The notes below the pieces were generated by a model that worked only from the letters and a program-made list of their open reading frames with translations, was not told where the DNA came from and made no database searches. From positions 3,306 to 67,305 of the forward strand of contig DCRZ01000003.1 in the NCBI GenBank assembly GCA_002325375.1: DNA of 64,000 bases. The letters run 5' to 3'. Position numbers and translations under genes: made by a program. Source of the DNA: Rhodospirillaceae bacterium UBA1479. GTDB taxonomy: Bacteria > Pseudomonadota > Alphaproteobacteria > Rhodospirillales > Casp-alpha2. Of the stretch, positions 23,744 to 33,290 are shown piece by piece; the first letter of the stretch is position 1, and every line of letters starts with the position of its first letter.

Positions 23744-24751
23744 ATGGCGGTTCGGGTTGCGATCAACGGGTTCGGAAGAATTGGTCGTTTGGTTCTTCGG
23801 GGCATTTTGGAATCGCGGCGTAACGACATCGAAGTCGTCGCCATCAACGACCTGGGCTCGCCCGAAATGAATGCCCACCTTCTTAAATACGATTCCGTGC
23901 ACGGGCCCCTGGGCATGGACGTGTCGGTCGCGGGCGACGTCATGAACGTCGGCGCCGGGCCGATCAAGGTGACGGCCGAGCGTAATCCCGCCGATCTGCC
24001 CTGGAAGGAACTGGGCATCGACGTGGCCCTGGAATGCACGGGTCTGTTCACCGACCGCGACAGCGCCGCCAAGCATCTGGACGCGGGTGCGGCCAAGGTT
24101 CTGGTCTCGGCCCCGGCCTCGGGCGTCGATCTGACCGTCGTCTATGGCGTCAACCACGACAAGCTGGAAGCCGGCCATACGGTCGTTTCCAACGCGTCCT
24201 GCACGACCAACTGCCTGGCCCCCGTGGCCGACGTGCTGCACAAACTGGTCGGCATCGAAAAGGGCTATATGACGACGATCCACGCCTACACCGGCGATCA
24301 GCGTCCGCTCGACACCCTGCATTCGGACCCCCGCCGGGCGCGCGCCTGCGCGGTGTCCATGATCCCGACCTCGACCGGTGCGGCCAAGGCCGTCGGCCTG
24401 GTCCTGCCCGAACTGAAGGGCAAGCTGGACGGCACCGCGATCCGCGTGCCGACCCCCAACGTGTCGCTGATCGACCTGACCTTCACGGCCGGGCGTTCGA
24501 CCACGGCCGAGGAAATCAACGCGGCCATGCTGGAGGCCTCCAACGGCCGGCTCAAGGGCGTGCTCGCCTACAACACCGAGCCCCTGGTCTCCATCGACTT
24601 CAACCATAACCCGGCCAGCTCGAGCTTCGATTCCACCCAGACCCAGGTGATCGACGGCAACTTCGTGCGCGTGCTCAGCTGGTACGATAACGAATGGGGC
24701 TTCTCCAACCGCATGCCGGACACCGCGCTGGCCATGCATGGTGCGAAATAA
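23744..24751 (+). CDS. gap: Type I glyceraldehyde-3-phosphate dehydrogenase
   Basis: Start trimmed to [23 protein letters not shown]; [10 protein letters not shown]; WYDNEWGFS. Confidence 0.97.
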   Translation: MAVRVAINGFGRIGRLVLRGILESRRNDIEVVAINDLGSPEMNAHLLKYDSVHGPLGMDVSVAGDVMNVGAGPIKVTAERNPADLPWKELGIDVALECTGLFTDRDSAAKHLDAGAAKVLVSAPASGVDLTVVYGVNHDKLEAGHTVVSNASCTTNCLAPVADVLHKLVGIEKGYMTTIHAYTGDQRPLDTLHSDPRRARACAVSMIPTSTGAAKAVGLVLPELKGKLDGTAIRVPTPNVSLIDLTFTAGRSTTAEEINAAMLEASNGRLKGVLAYNTEPLVSIDFNHNPASSSFDSTQTQVIDGNFVRVLSWYDNEWGFSNRMPDTALAMHGAK

Positions 24752-24765
24752 GCGACGGGTTTGAG

Positions 24766-25212
24766 ATGACGGGGGGCGCGACCAGGCAACCGGCCGCCCC
24801 CCCGGCATCCGTCGTCATCCACGACCTGAACCACGCAAAACAAGCGCTGAGCGCCGCCCGCCGCACGGGCCGCCCCGTGCATCTGGTCAGCGCACCCGGC
24901 GCCGCCGGCTACCTCGGCCCTGCCTTGTTCAAACAAATCATCGATCAGGCCCGCGCCGCCGAACCGGTGGTCCGTGCCACGTCCTGCCTTGATTGCGCGG
25001 ACGAACCGGGCACGGCCCTGGACGCCATCAGGCTGGGCGTCGAAGCCGTGTCCCTGTCGGCCGCCCCCGAGGTTCTGGCCAAAATCGAGAGTGCGGCAAT
25101 TGCGGCCGGCGCCAAGGTGGCCAACCGGCCTGCACAGGCATTGGACATGGCGGACGCCGACGCCGACCGGCGGCTCGACACATGGCTCATGGGAGACTTC
25201 CAACATGGCTGA
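24766..25212 (+). CDS. Conserved hypothetical protein resembling the N-terminal half of class II fructose-bisphosphate aldolase
   Basis: [31 protein letters not shown]...CLDCA...[11 protein letters not shown] parallels class II FBA NLEQ..AI..A....SPVILQ.S.GA..Y...HLDHG...AI..GFTSVM. Its stop overlaps the thiE start. Confidence 0.6.
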   Translation: MTGGATRQPAAPPASVVIHDLNHAKQALSAARRTGRPVHLVSAPGAAGYLGPALFKQIIDQARAAEPVVRATSCLDCADEPGTALDAIRLGVEAVSLSAAPEVLAKIESAAIAAGAKVANRPAQALDMADADADRRLDTWLMGDFQHG

Positions 25213-25867
25213 CACTGATGACGGCTGCCTGCTCTACCTGGTCACGCCCCCTGCCTTCGACCCGAACGTCTTCGCGGGCGATCTGGCGGCGGCGCTTGAC
25301 GCCGGCCCCGTCGGCGCCGTGCAGTTGCGCCTGAAGGCCCCGGATGGCGCGCCCGACAGCGACGACGACATCCGGCGCGCCGCCGAGATCCTGCTGCCCG
25401 TCTGCCGCGACCGCGGCGTGCCATTGATTTTGAACGACCGCCCCGACCTGGCGGCGGAAACCGATTGCGACGGCGTCCATGTCGGCCAGGGCGACGCGTC
25501 CTACCGGGACGCCCGCAAAACCCTGGGCGACAGGCGCATCGTCGGCGTGACCTGCCATGCATCCCGTCACCTGGCCATGGAAGCCGGCGAGGCCGGGGCC
25601 GACTACGTCGCCTTCGGCGCGTTCTTCCCGACCGGCACCAAGAACGTCACCCATCATGCGGATATCGACCTGCTGCGCTGGTGGAGCGAGATTTTCGTCG
25701 TGCCCTGCGTCGCCATCGGCGGCATCACGGTCGACAATTGCCACCCCCTGGTCGCCGCGGGTGCTGACTTCCTGGCCGTGGTCTCCGGGGTCTGGCAGCA
25801 TGCGCAAGGACCGGCCGCCGCGGTCGCCGCCTTCAACAAGGTAATTGCCGATACCCAACGCCCCTGA
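25205..25867 (+). CDS. thiE: Thiamine phosphate synthase
   Basis: Start trimmed to [54 protein letters not shown]. Confidence 0.93.
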   Translation: MADTDDGCLLYLVTPPAFDPNVFAGDLAAALDAGPVGAVQLRLKAPDGAPDSDDDIRRAAEILLPVCRDRGVPLILNDRPDLAAETDCDGVHVGQGDASYRDARKTLGDRRIVGVTCHASRHLAMEAGEAGADYVAFGAFFPTGTKNVTHHADIDLLRWWSEIFVVPCVAIGGITVDNCHPLVAAGADFLAVVSGVWQHAQGPAAAVAAFNKVIADTQRP

Positions 25868-25956
25868 CGGCGGCGTTGGGCCGTTGCTATGCACGAAACA
25901 AACTGGTAGCTTCCGCGCCGCTTTCACCCCCTATCAACATATAAACGGGCACGGAC

Positions 25957-26526
25957 ATGAAAATCGACGGCAACGCCATTCGACCCGGTATGGTCATCGA
26001 ACATCAGGGACGCCTGTGGCGCGCGGTCAAGATCGCCCATACGCAGCCCGGCAAGGGTGGCGCCTATCTTCAGGTGGAATTGCGCGAACTGCGCGACGGC
26101 ACCAAGCTGAACGAACGCTTCCGCTCGTCGGAAAAGGTCGAACGCGCGACCCTGGAACAGAAGGAATACCAATTCCTGTTTTCCGACGGCGAAATGTTCA
26201 CCTTCATGGACAACGAAAATTACGAACAGGTCGTCCTGAACAGCGATCAGATCGGCGAGGATCAAACCCCCTATCTGCAGGACGGCATGGAAGTGACCAT
26301 CGAAAGCCATGACGGTGACCCGATCGGCGTTCAACTGCCCGACCGGGTGACCCTGACCGTGGTTGAAACCGAAGCCGTGGTCAAAGGCCAGACGGCGGCG
26401 TCGAGCTACAAACCGGCGCTTTTGGACAACGGTGTGCGCACCAGCGTGCCGCCGCATATCGAGACCGGCACCCGCATCGTCGTCAATCCCGCCGAAGGCA
26501 CCTACGTCGAGCGGGCCAAGGACTAG
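25957..26526 (+). CDS. efp: Elongation factor P
   Basis: HTQPGKGGAY, FMDNENYEQ, KGQTAASSYKPA, VPPHI. Confidence 0.97.
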   Translation: MKIDGNAIRPGMVIEHQGRLWRAVKIAHTQPGKGGAYLQVELRELRDGTKLNERFRSSEKVERATLEQKEYQFLFSDGEMFTFMDNENYEQVVLNSDQIGEDQTPYLQDGMEVTIESHDGDPIGVQLPDRVTLTVVETEAVVKGQTAASSYKPALLDNGVRTSVPPHIETGTRIVVNPAEGTYVERAKD

Positions 26527-26579
26527 GCTTCGGCTGCGTTCTTCCCGCCCCTTTCCGATCGCTTGAAACAAGGCCCGCC

Positions 26580-27383
26580 ATGCTGCGCACGCCCCTGATA
26601 AACGTCATGACCGCCGCCGCCCAAAAGGCGGCGCGGGGCCTGATCCGCGATTTCGGTGAGGTCGAACACCTACAGGTCTCGAAGAAGGGACCGGCCGACT
26701 TCGTCTCGACCGCCGACCGCAAGGCCGAGAAGATCCTGTTCGAAGAACTGCAGCGCGCACGGCCCAAATACGGCTTCCTGATGGAGGAACGCGGCGCGGT
26801 CGAGGGCGTCGATACCTCGAATCGCTGGATCATCGATCCCTTGGACGGCACCACCAACTTCCTGCACGGTATTCCCCAGTTCGCCATCTCCATCGGCCTG
26901 GAACGCGATGGTCAGATCTTCGCCGGCGTCGTCTACAACCCGATCACGGACGAGATGTTCGTCGCCGAAAAGGGCCAGGGCGCCTTTCTCAACGGGCGGC
27001 GCCTGCGCGTCTCGGCGCGCCGCGACGTTGCCGAATCCCTGTTCGCGACGGGCATTCCCTTCGTCGGCCGGGGCAACCACGATCTGTTCCTGAACCAGCT
27101 GCGCGCGATCATGGCCGTGTCCGCCGGCGTACGGCGCAACGGTGCGGCCTCGCTTGATCTGGCTTGGGTCGCCGCCGGGCGCTTCGAAGGGTTCTGGGAA
27201 CAGAACCTGCAGCCCTGGGACATGGCAGCAGGCATGATCCTGGTCGCCGAAGCGGGCGGTTTCGTCACTGACCTTTCCGGCGGTCGCGATATCTTCCAGC
27301 GCGGCGACATCGCCGCCGGCAACGACGCCATGCATCCAGTCATGTTGAAAACCCTGGCCGGTGCCGGCGCGGCGGCCACCTAA
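26580..27383 (+). CDS. suhB: Inositol monophosphatase family protein SuhB
   Basis: KGPADFVSTAD, WIIDPLDGTTNFLHG, WEQNLQPWDMAAG. Confidence 0.94.
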   Translation: MLRTPLINVMTAAAQKAARGLIRDFGEVEHLQVSKKGPADFVSTADRKAEKILFEELQRARPKYGFLMEERGAVEGVDTSNRWIIDPLDGTTNFLHGIPQFAISIGLERDGQIFAGVVYNPITDEMFVAEKGQGAFLNGRRLRVSARRDVAESLFATGIPFVGRGNHDLFLNQLRAIMAVSAGVRRNGAASLDLAWVAAGRFEGFWEQNLQPWDMAAGMILVAEAGGFVTDLSGGRDIFQRGDIAAGNDAMHPVMLKTLAGAGAAAT

Positions 27384-27642
27384 CCCCATTCTCGCCTCGC
27401 CGAAGGGCTGTTTCCAGTCGCCCCGAAAGCGTCATATTTAGCTGATTTCATACAAGGGCTTTACGGTTGTCCAGCGCATCGCCGTTGGTTAAGGTGATCG
27501 CCTTGGTTTCCGCCGCAGGCCGGAGGGTCCCCGGACCGTCCCGGCGGCGGAATGCCAAGCCTGCCGCAAACGGGATACACATACCCGAACACGACAACGG
27601 GCCGGAAGACGACAACAGGGAAGAATGGGGAGTGACCGTCCG

Positions 27643-28635
27643 ATGACATCCTCACGTTTTTTGACCGGGCTTTTGGTCATTGCCGTGGCGCCGCTGGCGC
27701 TGGCATCAGGCCCGGTCGAGGCACAGGTGAGCAACTACGCGGACGGTGCCGTGACCATCGACATGGGCGCCCTGCCCGGCGGCGGATACGGCCACACCGT
27801 GGACATATCGTCGGAACCGGCCGCTCCCGCCTATGGGGGCGGACTGCGCCTGCCGGGCGCCAGCCGACCGACCTCTCAGTTGTTCGTCGCCCCTGAAAAA
27901 TCTGTCCCCATCCGCAAGTTGAGGGTGACTCGCGCCGAAGCCGCGCCGGCCCCCCGCGCCAGCCGCATGGAAACGGAGATGCGCCCGCCCGCCGCCAAGG
28001 CGCCGCCGCCGCCCATGCCGTCGAAACCATCACCCGCGCCGGCCCCCGCCGCCGATGCCCCGGCACAGTTGACGGCCAGCGCGCCGACGCCGCCCGCCGC
28101 ACCGACGCCCCCCGGCACGCAAATAGCCGATGCGCCGCCGCCCGCCCCCAAGGCCGAGGCCGTGAAGGACACCGCGGACAAGGTACCCCCGCCGCCCCCG
28201 CCAGCAACCGCTCCGGGTGCCGCCGTTCCGCCGCCCCCGCCGCCGCCCGCCACGGCCATGGCGGTGCCCACGCCGCCGGAGCCCAAGGCGGAAAGCACCG
28301 CGTCCCTGACCACCGGCGAAGATGGTCGGCTAATCCGCGTGGTGTTTGACGAAAGCCAGTCGAAACTGCCCGAAACCGCCAAGCCGAACCTGCTCAAGCT
28401 GGCCGATCAGGTAAAAAACCAGCGCGACGTGCGGCTGCAGCTTCAGGCCTATGCCGGGGGTGAAGACCTGAAATCCAACCGGGCCCGCCGCCTGTCCCTG
28501 TCCCGCGCCCTTTCCGTGCGCTCTTTCCTGATCGAAAGCGGCATCCGCTCGACCCGGATCGATGTACGGGCTCTCGGCGACAAGACCTCCGACGAGCCCA
28601 AGAACCGGGTCGACATCACCCTGGCCCCGCGTTGA
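27643..28635 (+). CDS. Exported proline-rich protein with a C-terminal OmpA-like domain
   Basis: Start trimmed to MTSSRFL. Signal-like LLVIAVAPLALASGPVEA; long Pro/Ala linker; VVFDESQSKL...QLQAYAG...RLSLSRALSVRSFLIESGI...RIDVRALG...NRVDI. Confidence 0.8.
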   Translation: MTSSRFLTGLLVIAVAPLALASGPVEAQVSNYADGAVTIDMGALPGGGYGHTVDISSEPAAPAYGGGLRLPGASRPTSQLFVAPEKSVPIRKLRVTRAEAAPAPRASRMETEMRPPAAKAPPPPMPSKPSPAPAPAADAPAQLTASAPTPPAAPTPPGTQIADAPPPAPKAEAVKDTADKVPPPPPPATAPGAAVPPPPPPPATAMAVPTPPEPKAESTASLTTGEDGRLIRVVFDESQSKLPETAKPNLLKLADQVKNQRDVRLQLQAYAGGEDLKSNRARRLSLSRALSVRSFLIESGIRSTRIDVRALGDKTSDEPKNRVDITLAPR

Positions 28636-28698
28636 CGGCACCGTCGGGTTCCGCGTGACGTCCGTGCCTCCGAAAGGACCTCGTAAGGGCTTCCCTAC

Positions 28699-29805
28699 AT
28701 GACGCGCCCCAACCGATACCTGTTCAGGATGATCCTGTTCCTCGGCGCTGTTCTCGCCGTCTGCGCCCCCCTGTTCCAGCCGCTGCGCGACGCCTTTCTG
28801 GCCAACGCGCCCCTGAACGGCGGCATCCTGGCCGTGCTGGCCCTGGGCATCGCCTACAATTTCCTGCAGGTCGCGCGCCTGAAGCCCGAGGTCGAATGGG
28901 TGGACAGCTACCGCCGTGACGGTGCGCAGTTGTCACAGCCGAGCCCGCCCCGCCTGCTCGGCCCCATGGCAAGCATGCTCGGCCAGCGTTCCGGCCGCCT
29001 GACACTCTCGACCACATCGCTGCGCACCTTGCTTGACGGTCTGGTTTCGCGCCTTGACGAATCGCGCGATATTTCGCGCTACATCATCGGCCTGCTGATC
29101 TTCCTGGGATTGCTCGGCACCTTCTGGGGGCTTCTCGAAACGGTTGCCTCGGTCAAGGACGTGATCGTTGGCCTGACCGTCGATGGCGGCGACATCAATG
29201 GGACGTTCGAAAAGCTGAAACACGGCCTGGAAACGCCATTGTCCGGCATGGGCACGGCCTTTTCATCATCCCTGTTCGGGTTGTCGGGCTCGCTCATCCT
29301 GGGCTTCCTCGACCTACAGGCCGGCCAAGCGCAGAACCGTTTCTACAATGATCTGGAAGAGTGGCTGTCGAGCCTGACCCGCCTGTCGTCGGGGGCCCTT
29401 TCCGGCGACGGCGATCAGTCCATGCCCGCCTATGTGCAGGCACTGCTGGAACAATCGGCGGAAAACCTGGAGAATTTACAGCGCACCCTGTCACGCGGTG
29501 AGGAAAGCCGCGCCGAAGCCAACCAAGGCATCCTGGCCCTGACCGACAAACTGGACACCCTGACCGACCACCTGCGTGCGCAGCAGCAGCTGATGAAGGA
29601 CATGGCCCAGAGCATGAACCGGAGCGACGGCGGTGGCATGGATGCGGAAACCAGGACCAGCATCCGCAACCTGGACCGCGCCGTGACCCGTCTGGCCGAC
29701 GACGTCAGCCATGGCCGCGACGAAATCATCAAGGAAGTGCGGTCCGAAATCAAACTTCTGGCCCGCACCATGGCCAACATCGCCGACGGCGAATATGACC
29801 GCTGA
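28699..29805 (+). CDS. MotA/TolQ/ExbB-type ion channel protein with a long C-terminal helical tail
   Basis: Four hydrophobic segments; LIFLGLLGTFWGL and LSGMGTAFSSSLFGL channel helices; about 164-residue polar tail after residue 204. Confidence 0.85.
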   Translation: MTRPNRYLFRMILFLGAVLAVCAPLFQPLRDAFLANAPLNGGILAVLALGIAYNFLQVARLKPEVEWVDSYRRDGAQLSQPSPPRLLGPMASMLGQRSGRLTLSTTSLRTLLDGLVSRLDESRDISRYIIGLLIFLGLLGTFWGLLETVASVKDVIVGLTVDGGDINGTFEKLKHGLETPLSGMGTAFSSSLFGLSGSLILGFLDLQAGQAQNRFYNDLEEWLSSLTRLSSGALSGDGDQSMPAYVQALLEQSAENLENLQRTLSRGEESRAEANQGILALTDKLDTLTDHLRAQQQLMKDMAQSMNRSDGGGMDAETRTSIRNLDRAVTRLADDVSHGRDEIIKEVRSEIKLLARTMANIADGEYDR

Positions 29806-29871
29806 CGCCGTGACGCCGGCTCTCTGCCCCCGTCACATCCCAGCGGCCCCCCGGCAAGGGAAGACGTAACC

Positions 29872-31107
29872 ATGGCCAGCCTCGCCAGGCGCCACGAACG
29901 ATCAACCAACATCTGGCCCGGCTTCGTCGACGCCCTGGCGACGCTGCTGATGGTCATCATCTTCCTGTTGCTGATCTTCATCATGGCCCAGGTCTTTCTG
30001 GGGCAGGCATTGACCGGGCGCGATCAGGCGCTGCGTAAGCTGGAGGGCGAAATCAGCGAACTGGCGAGCCTATTGGCCCTGGAACGCAAAACCACGGACA
30101 GCCTGCGCGCCGATGTCAGCCGCCTGTCGAGTGAACTGGAAGTCTCGGTCGGCGAACGCGAACGGTTGAGCGCCAGCGTTGCCGGACTGCGCATGCGCGC
30201 GGAATCGGCGGAACAGCAGCTTGTCGATGCCATGGTCTCCATGGAAGCCAGCCGCCAGACCATCGGCCGCCTGGAAACTTCGTTGGCGGACACCAAAAAG
30301 ACGCTCGCGGTCCGCGAGGAGGAACTGGCCGACCGGGTGCAGCGGCTCAACAACCTGGCACGCGAGATCGAGGCCCTGACGGCGCTTCGCGACGAGTTGA
30401 CCGCGAAGGTCATGGAGCTCGGCAAACAGGCCAATGAAAAAGGCGAGGCGCTGATCAACGAGCGCAACATTTCGGAATCCGCCCGCGCCCAGGTCGCCCT
30501 GATGAACCGCCAATTGGCGGCGCTTCGCGAACAGTTGGCGACGCTCGAGGCGACGCTCCGCGCGGCCGAGGAAAAGGCCCAGTCGCAGGGCGTGCAGATC
30601 GAAAGCCTGGGCAAGCGGCTTAACGCCGCGCTGGCATCCAAGGTTCAGGAACTCAGCCGCTACCGCTCGGAATTCTTTGGCCGCCTGCGCGAGGTTCTCG
30701 GCAACCGTCCCGGCATCCGCATCGTCGGCGACCGCTTCGTGTTCCAATCGGAGGTGCTGTTCGACGTCGCCTCGGCTGAATTGGGCCCGGCGGGCAAGGA
30801 ACAGATGGGCGCACTGGCCCAGACCCTCAAGGAACTGGTCGTGAAAATCCCCGAGGACATCGACTGGGTGCTCCGCGTCGACGGGCATACAGATAAAACG
30901 CCCATTTCCACGGCCCGTTTCCCCTCCAACTGGGAATTGTCGGCGGCGCGCGCCATCTCCGTGGTCAAATACCTGATCGACCAGGGACTGCCTCCCGTGC
31001 GTCTGGTCGCCGCCGGGTTCGCAGCCAACCGGCCCATTGACCCCGGCGTCGACGAAATCGCGCTTCGGCGAAACCGCCGGATCGAACTCAAACTGACCCA
31101 GCGCTGA
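29872..31107 (+). CDS. MotB/OmpA family peptidoglycan-binding membrane protein with a long coiled coil
   Basis: IWPGFVDALATLLMVIIFLL TM with Asp20; heptad-rich middle; VDGHTD...SNWELSAARAISVVKYL...RNRRIE. Confidence 0.9.
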   Translation: MASLARRHERSTNIWPGFVDALATLLMVIIFLLLIFIMAQVFLGQALTGRDQALRKLEGEISELASLLALERKTTDSLRADVSRLSSELEVSVGERERLSASVAGLRMRAESAEQQLVDAMVSMEASRQTIGRLETSLADTKKTLAVREEELADRVQRLNNLAREIEALTALRDELTAKVMELGKQANEKGEALINERNISESARAQVALMNRQLAALREQLATLEATLRAAEEKAQSQGVQIESLGKRLNAALASKVQELSRYRSEFFGRLREVLGNRPGIRIVGDRFVFQSEVLFDVASAELGPAGKEQMGALAQTLKELVVKIPEDIDWVLRVDGHTDKTPISTARFPSNWELSAARAISVVKYLIDQGLPPVRLVAAGFAANRPIDPGVDEIALRRNRRIELKLTQR

Positions 31108-31120
31108 TCGGCCAACCAGA

Positions 31121-32326
31121 ATGCTCGCTATTTTCCTGATCGTCGTCGTCGATCTTATCGGTTTCGGTATCATCATTCCGTTGCTGCCGTTTTACGGCGA
31201 GCATTTCCAGGCCGACCCGCAGACCGTGGGCCTGCTGATGGCGACCTATTCCCTGGCACAGTTCATTTCCGCCCCCCTGTGGGGACGGCTCAGCGATCAT
31301 GCCGGACGGCGCCCGGTCCTGCTCCTTAGCCTCGCCGGGGCGGCCGCGGCCTATGTCTGGCTGGCCTTTGCCGATGCGCTGTGGATGCTGTTCATGGCGC
31401 GCGCCCTGGGCGGCCTGATGGCCGGCAACATATCCGCCGCCTTCGCCTATATGGCCGACATCACGACCAAGGAGAACCGCGCCAAGGGCATGGGCCTGAT
31501 CGGCGCCGCCTTCGGCATCGGCTTCATCCTGGGCCCCGCCATCGGCGGCATCCTGGCCGGACCGGACCCGCTGACCGCCGATTACCGCAGCCCGGCCCTG
31601 GCCGCCGCCGGCCTGTCCCTGTTCGCCCTTCTGCTCGGTATCGTAAGACTGCCGGAGTCCCTGTCGGCCGAGGTCCGCGCCCGCGCGGCTGCGATGCCGC
31701 GCCGGCGGCGTATGTCGCAGTTCGCGGATGCCCTAAGACTGCCTGGGGTGGGACTGCTGATGCTGCTGGGGTTCCTCGCGACCTTCGTGTTCGCGGGCCT
31801 GGAAACCACCTTCGCCATGTGGTCCCGGCGCGCCTTCGACTGGGGCCCGGAACAGAACGGCTGGTTGTTCGCCTATGTCGGGGTGCTGTCGGCGGCGGTC
31901 CAGGGCGGCCTGATGGGGCGCCTCGCCAAGCGCTATGGCGAACGGGCCTTGCTGATCCAGGGGGCGGTCGCCCTCGCCCTCGGCATCGGCGCCATCCCCT
32001 TCTGCACCGAAGTCTGGCACCTGCTGATTGCCATGGCTGTTGCGGCCTACGGCTTCAGCGTCATTAACCCTGCCTACAACAGTTTGATTTCCCAACAGGT
32101 TCCCGACACGGACCAGGGCGGCGTGATGGGCGTGACACGGTCGGTGACGACCATGGCACGCGTCCTCGGCCCGGCCTGGGCAGGCGTGCTGTTCGCCCAG
32201 ATCGGGCGGGACTGGCCCTATTACTCAGGCGCCCTGGTGATGGCGGCGGTGCTGCTCCTTGCCCTCGCCATTCCGGCTGGATTGCGCCCCGCCCCATCAT
32301 CACAGACGGACGGCGACCCCCGTTGA
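31121..32326 (+). CDS. MFS transporter, TetA/DHA1-like
   Basis: DLIGFGIIIPLLP, GRLSDHAGRRPVLL (motif A), GFILGPAIGG (motif C); about 12 hydrophobic segments. Confidence 0.9.
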   Translation: MLAIFLIVVVDLIGFGIIIPLLPFYGEHFQADPQTVGLLMATYSLAQFISAPLWGRLSDHAGRRPVLLLSLAGAAAAYVWLAFADALWMLFMARALGGLMAGNISAAFAYMADITTKENRAKGMGLIGAAFGIGFILGPAIGGILAGPDPLTADYRSPALAAAGLSLFALLLGIVRLPESLSAEVRARAAAMPRRRRMSQFADALRLPGVGLLMLLGFLATFVFAGLETTFAMWSRRAFDWGPEQNGWLFAYVGVLSAAVQGGLMGRLAKRYGERALLIQGAVALALGIGAIPFCTEVWHLLIAMAVAAYGFSVINPAYNSLISQQVPDTDQGGVMGVTRSVTTMARVLGPAWAGVLFAQIGRDWPYYSGALVMAAVLLLALAIPAGLRPAPSSQTDGDPR

Positions 32327-32629
32327 CGCCTTGAGTTCGGCGACCAGTTTCTCATCCAGGAATTCACCCGACCGCGTGCAGCGCCACTGTTCCTTGTCCG
32401 TGTCAAAATCGTAATGGGTGGCACCGCTGACCGGCGACGACATCCAGATTTGGCGGTTGGGCGCGTGCTTGTTGATGACGTACTGACCGCCCGTATCCAA
32501 TTCGATGGTCAGGATGCCGCCTTCCAGGTCCACGTCGGCCTGATCGCCGATCACCGCCTCGATCGCATCCATGAACGATTCCAAGGTCTTGTCGGCGATG
32601 TGCGTGAATGACGTGTCGTCCAGGGACAT
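32300..32629 (-). CDS. cyaY: Iron donor protein CyaY (frataxin)
   Basis: Start trimmed to [39 protein letters not shown]. Confidence 0.93.
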   Translation of the reverse strand: MSLDDTSFTHIADKTLESFMDAIEAVIGDQADVDLEGGILTIELDTGGQYVINKHAPNRQIWMSSPVSGATHYDFDTDKEQWRCTRSGEFLDEKLVAELKASTGVAVRL

Positions 32630-32749
32630 ATGGTGAGACTCCTTGAGTTTGGGTCGAAAAGGCCAGCGTACCAGCGGGGATTCATGAAACCTTGCGCATG
32701 GCAGGTCAGGTCTGTATATAGAGCGCCACTTTTGCCGGAGCCAAGCCAA

Positions 32750-32977
32750 ATGAAAAAAGATATCCACCCGGACTACCACGAAATCACCGTTCAGATGACG
32801 GATGGTAGCTCGTTCACGACGCGCAGCACCTGGGGCAACCCCGGCGATGTGCTGAAGTTGGAAGTCGACCCGAAGAGCCATCCGGCTTGGACGGGCGGCG
32901 GACACCGCCTGGTTGATGCCGGCGGACGCCTTGCGCGCTTCAACAAGCGGTTCGGGAACAGCGGCCTGAAGATGTAG
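32750..32977 (+). CDS. rpmE: 50S ribosomal protein L31 (cysteine-free type)
   Basis: [41 protein letters not shown]. Confidence 0.97.
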   Translation: MKKDIHPDYHEITVQMTDGSSFTTRSTWGNPGDVLKLEVDPKSHPAWTGGGHRLVDAGGRLARFNKRFGNSGLKM

Positions 32978-33035
32978 GAATTCGTCCCTTCGGGGGCGAT
33001 CTCCGGCACTGGCCGGAACCTGGATCGACGTGCAC

Positions 33036-33064
33036 AAGGGCGCACCCCAAGGGCGCGCCCTTTT
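33036..33064 (+). terminator. Intrinsic terminator after rpmE
   Basis: AAGGGCGC (33036-33043) / GCGCCCTT (33055-33062) stem followed by TT; a UUCG hairpin precedes it near 32982-32999. Confidence 0.6.
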
Positions 33065-33290
33065 CCGTGCACAATTCCTGGGATAAGGCGGTTAAAATCA
33101 ACCCCTCCCATAGCATGAACAGCTATGCTAACTTTTATGCAATCGGGTAGGGAAATGTTTACCTGCCCGCATCAAAATTGCTCTTCTGGGAAGTACCGAA
33201 ACATCCGGTAGCCCCGTTCGACCGGGGAAGGCGACCTGCGGCTACAACGGTAATTCGGTCTGATTAATGGGGAGCGGCTGGGTAACGGCC

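Noticed and set aside
27591-27616. ACGACAAC direct repeat upstream of the Pro-rich OmpA gene
   Set aside because: Only two 8-mers in an A/C-rich leader; could be chance, with no supporting context.
28699-31107. Calling the MotA/MotB-like pair a Zorya anti-phage system or the flagellar stator
   Set aside because: There are no zorC/D/E-like or flagellar genes nearby, composition is host-like, and the context is core genes. Only the architecture is similar.
31121-32326. Tetracycline resistance gene tetA
   Set aside because: It has DHA1 family motifs only, with no TetR or mobile context; the substrate is unknown.
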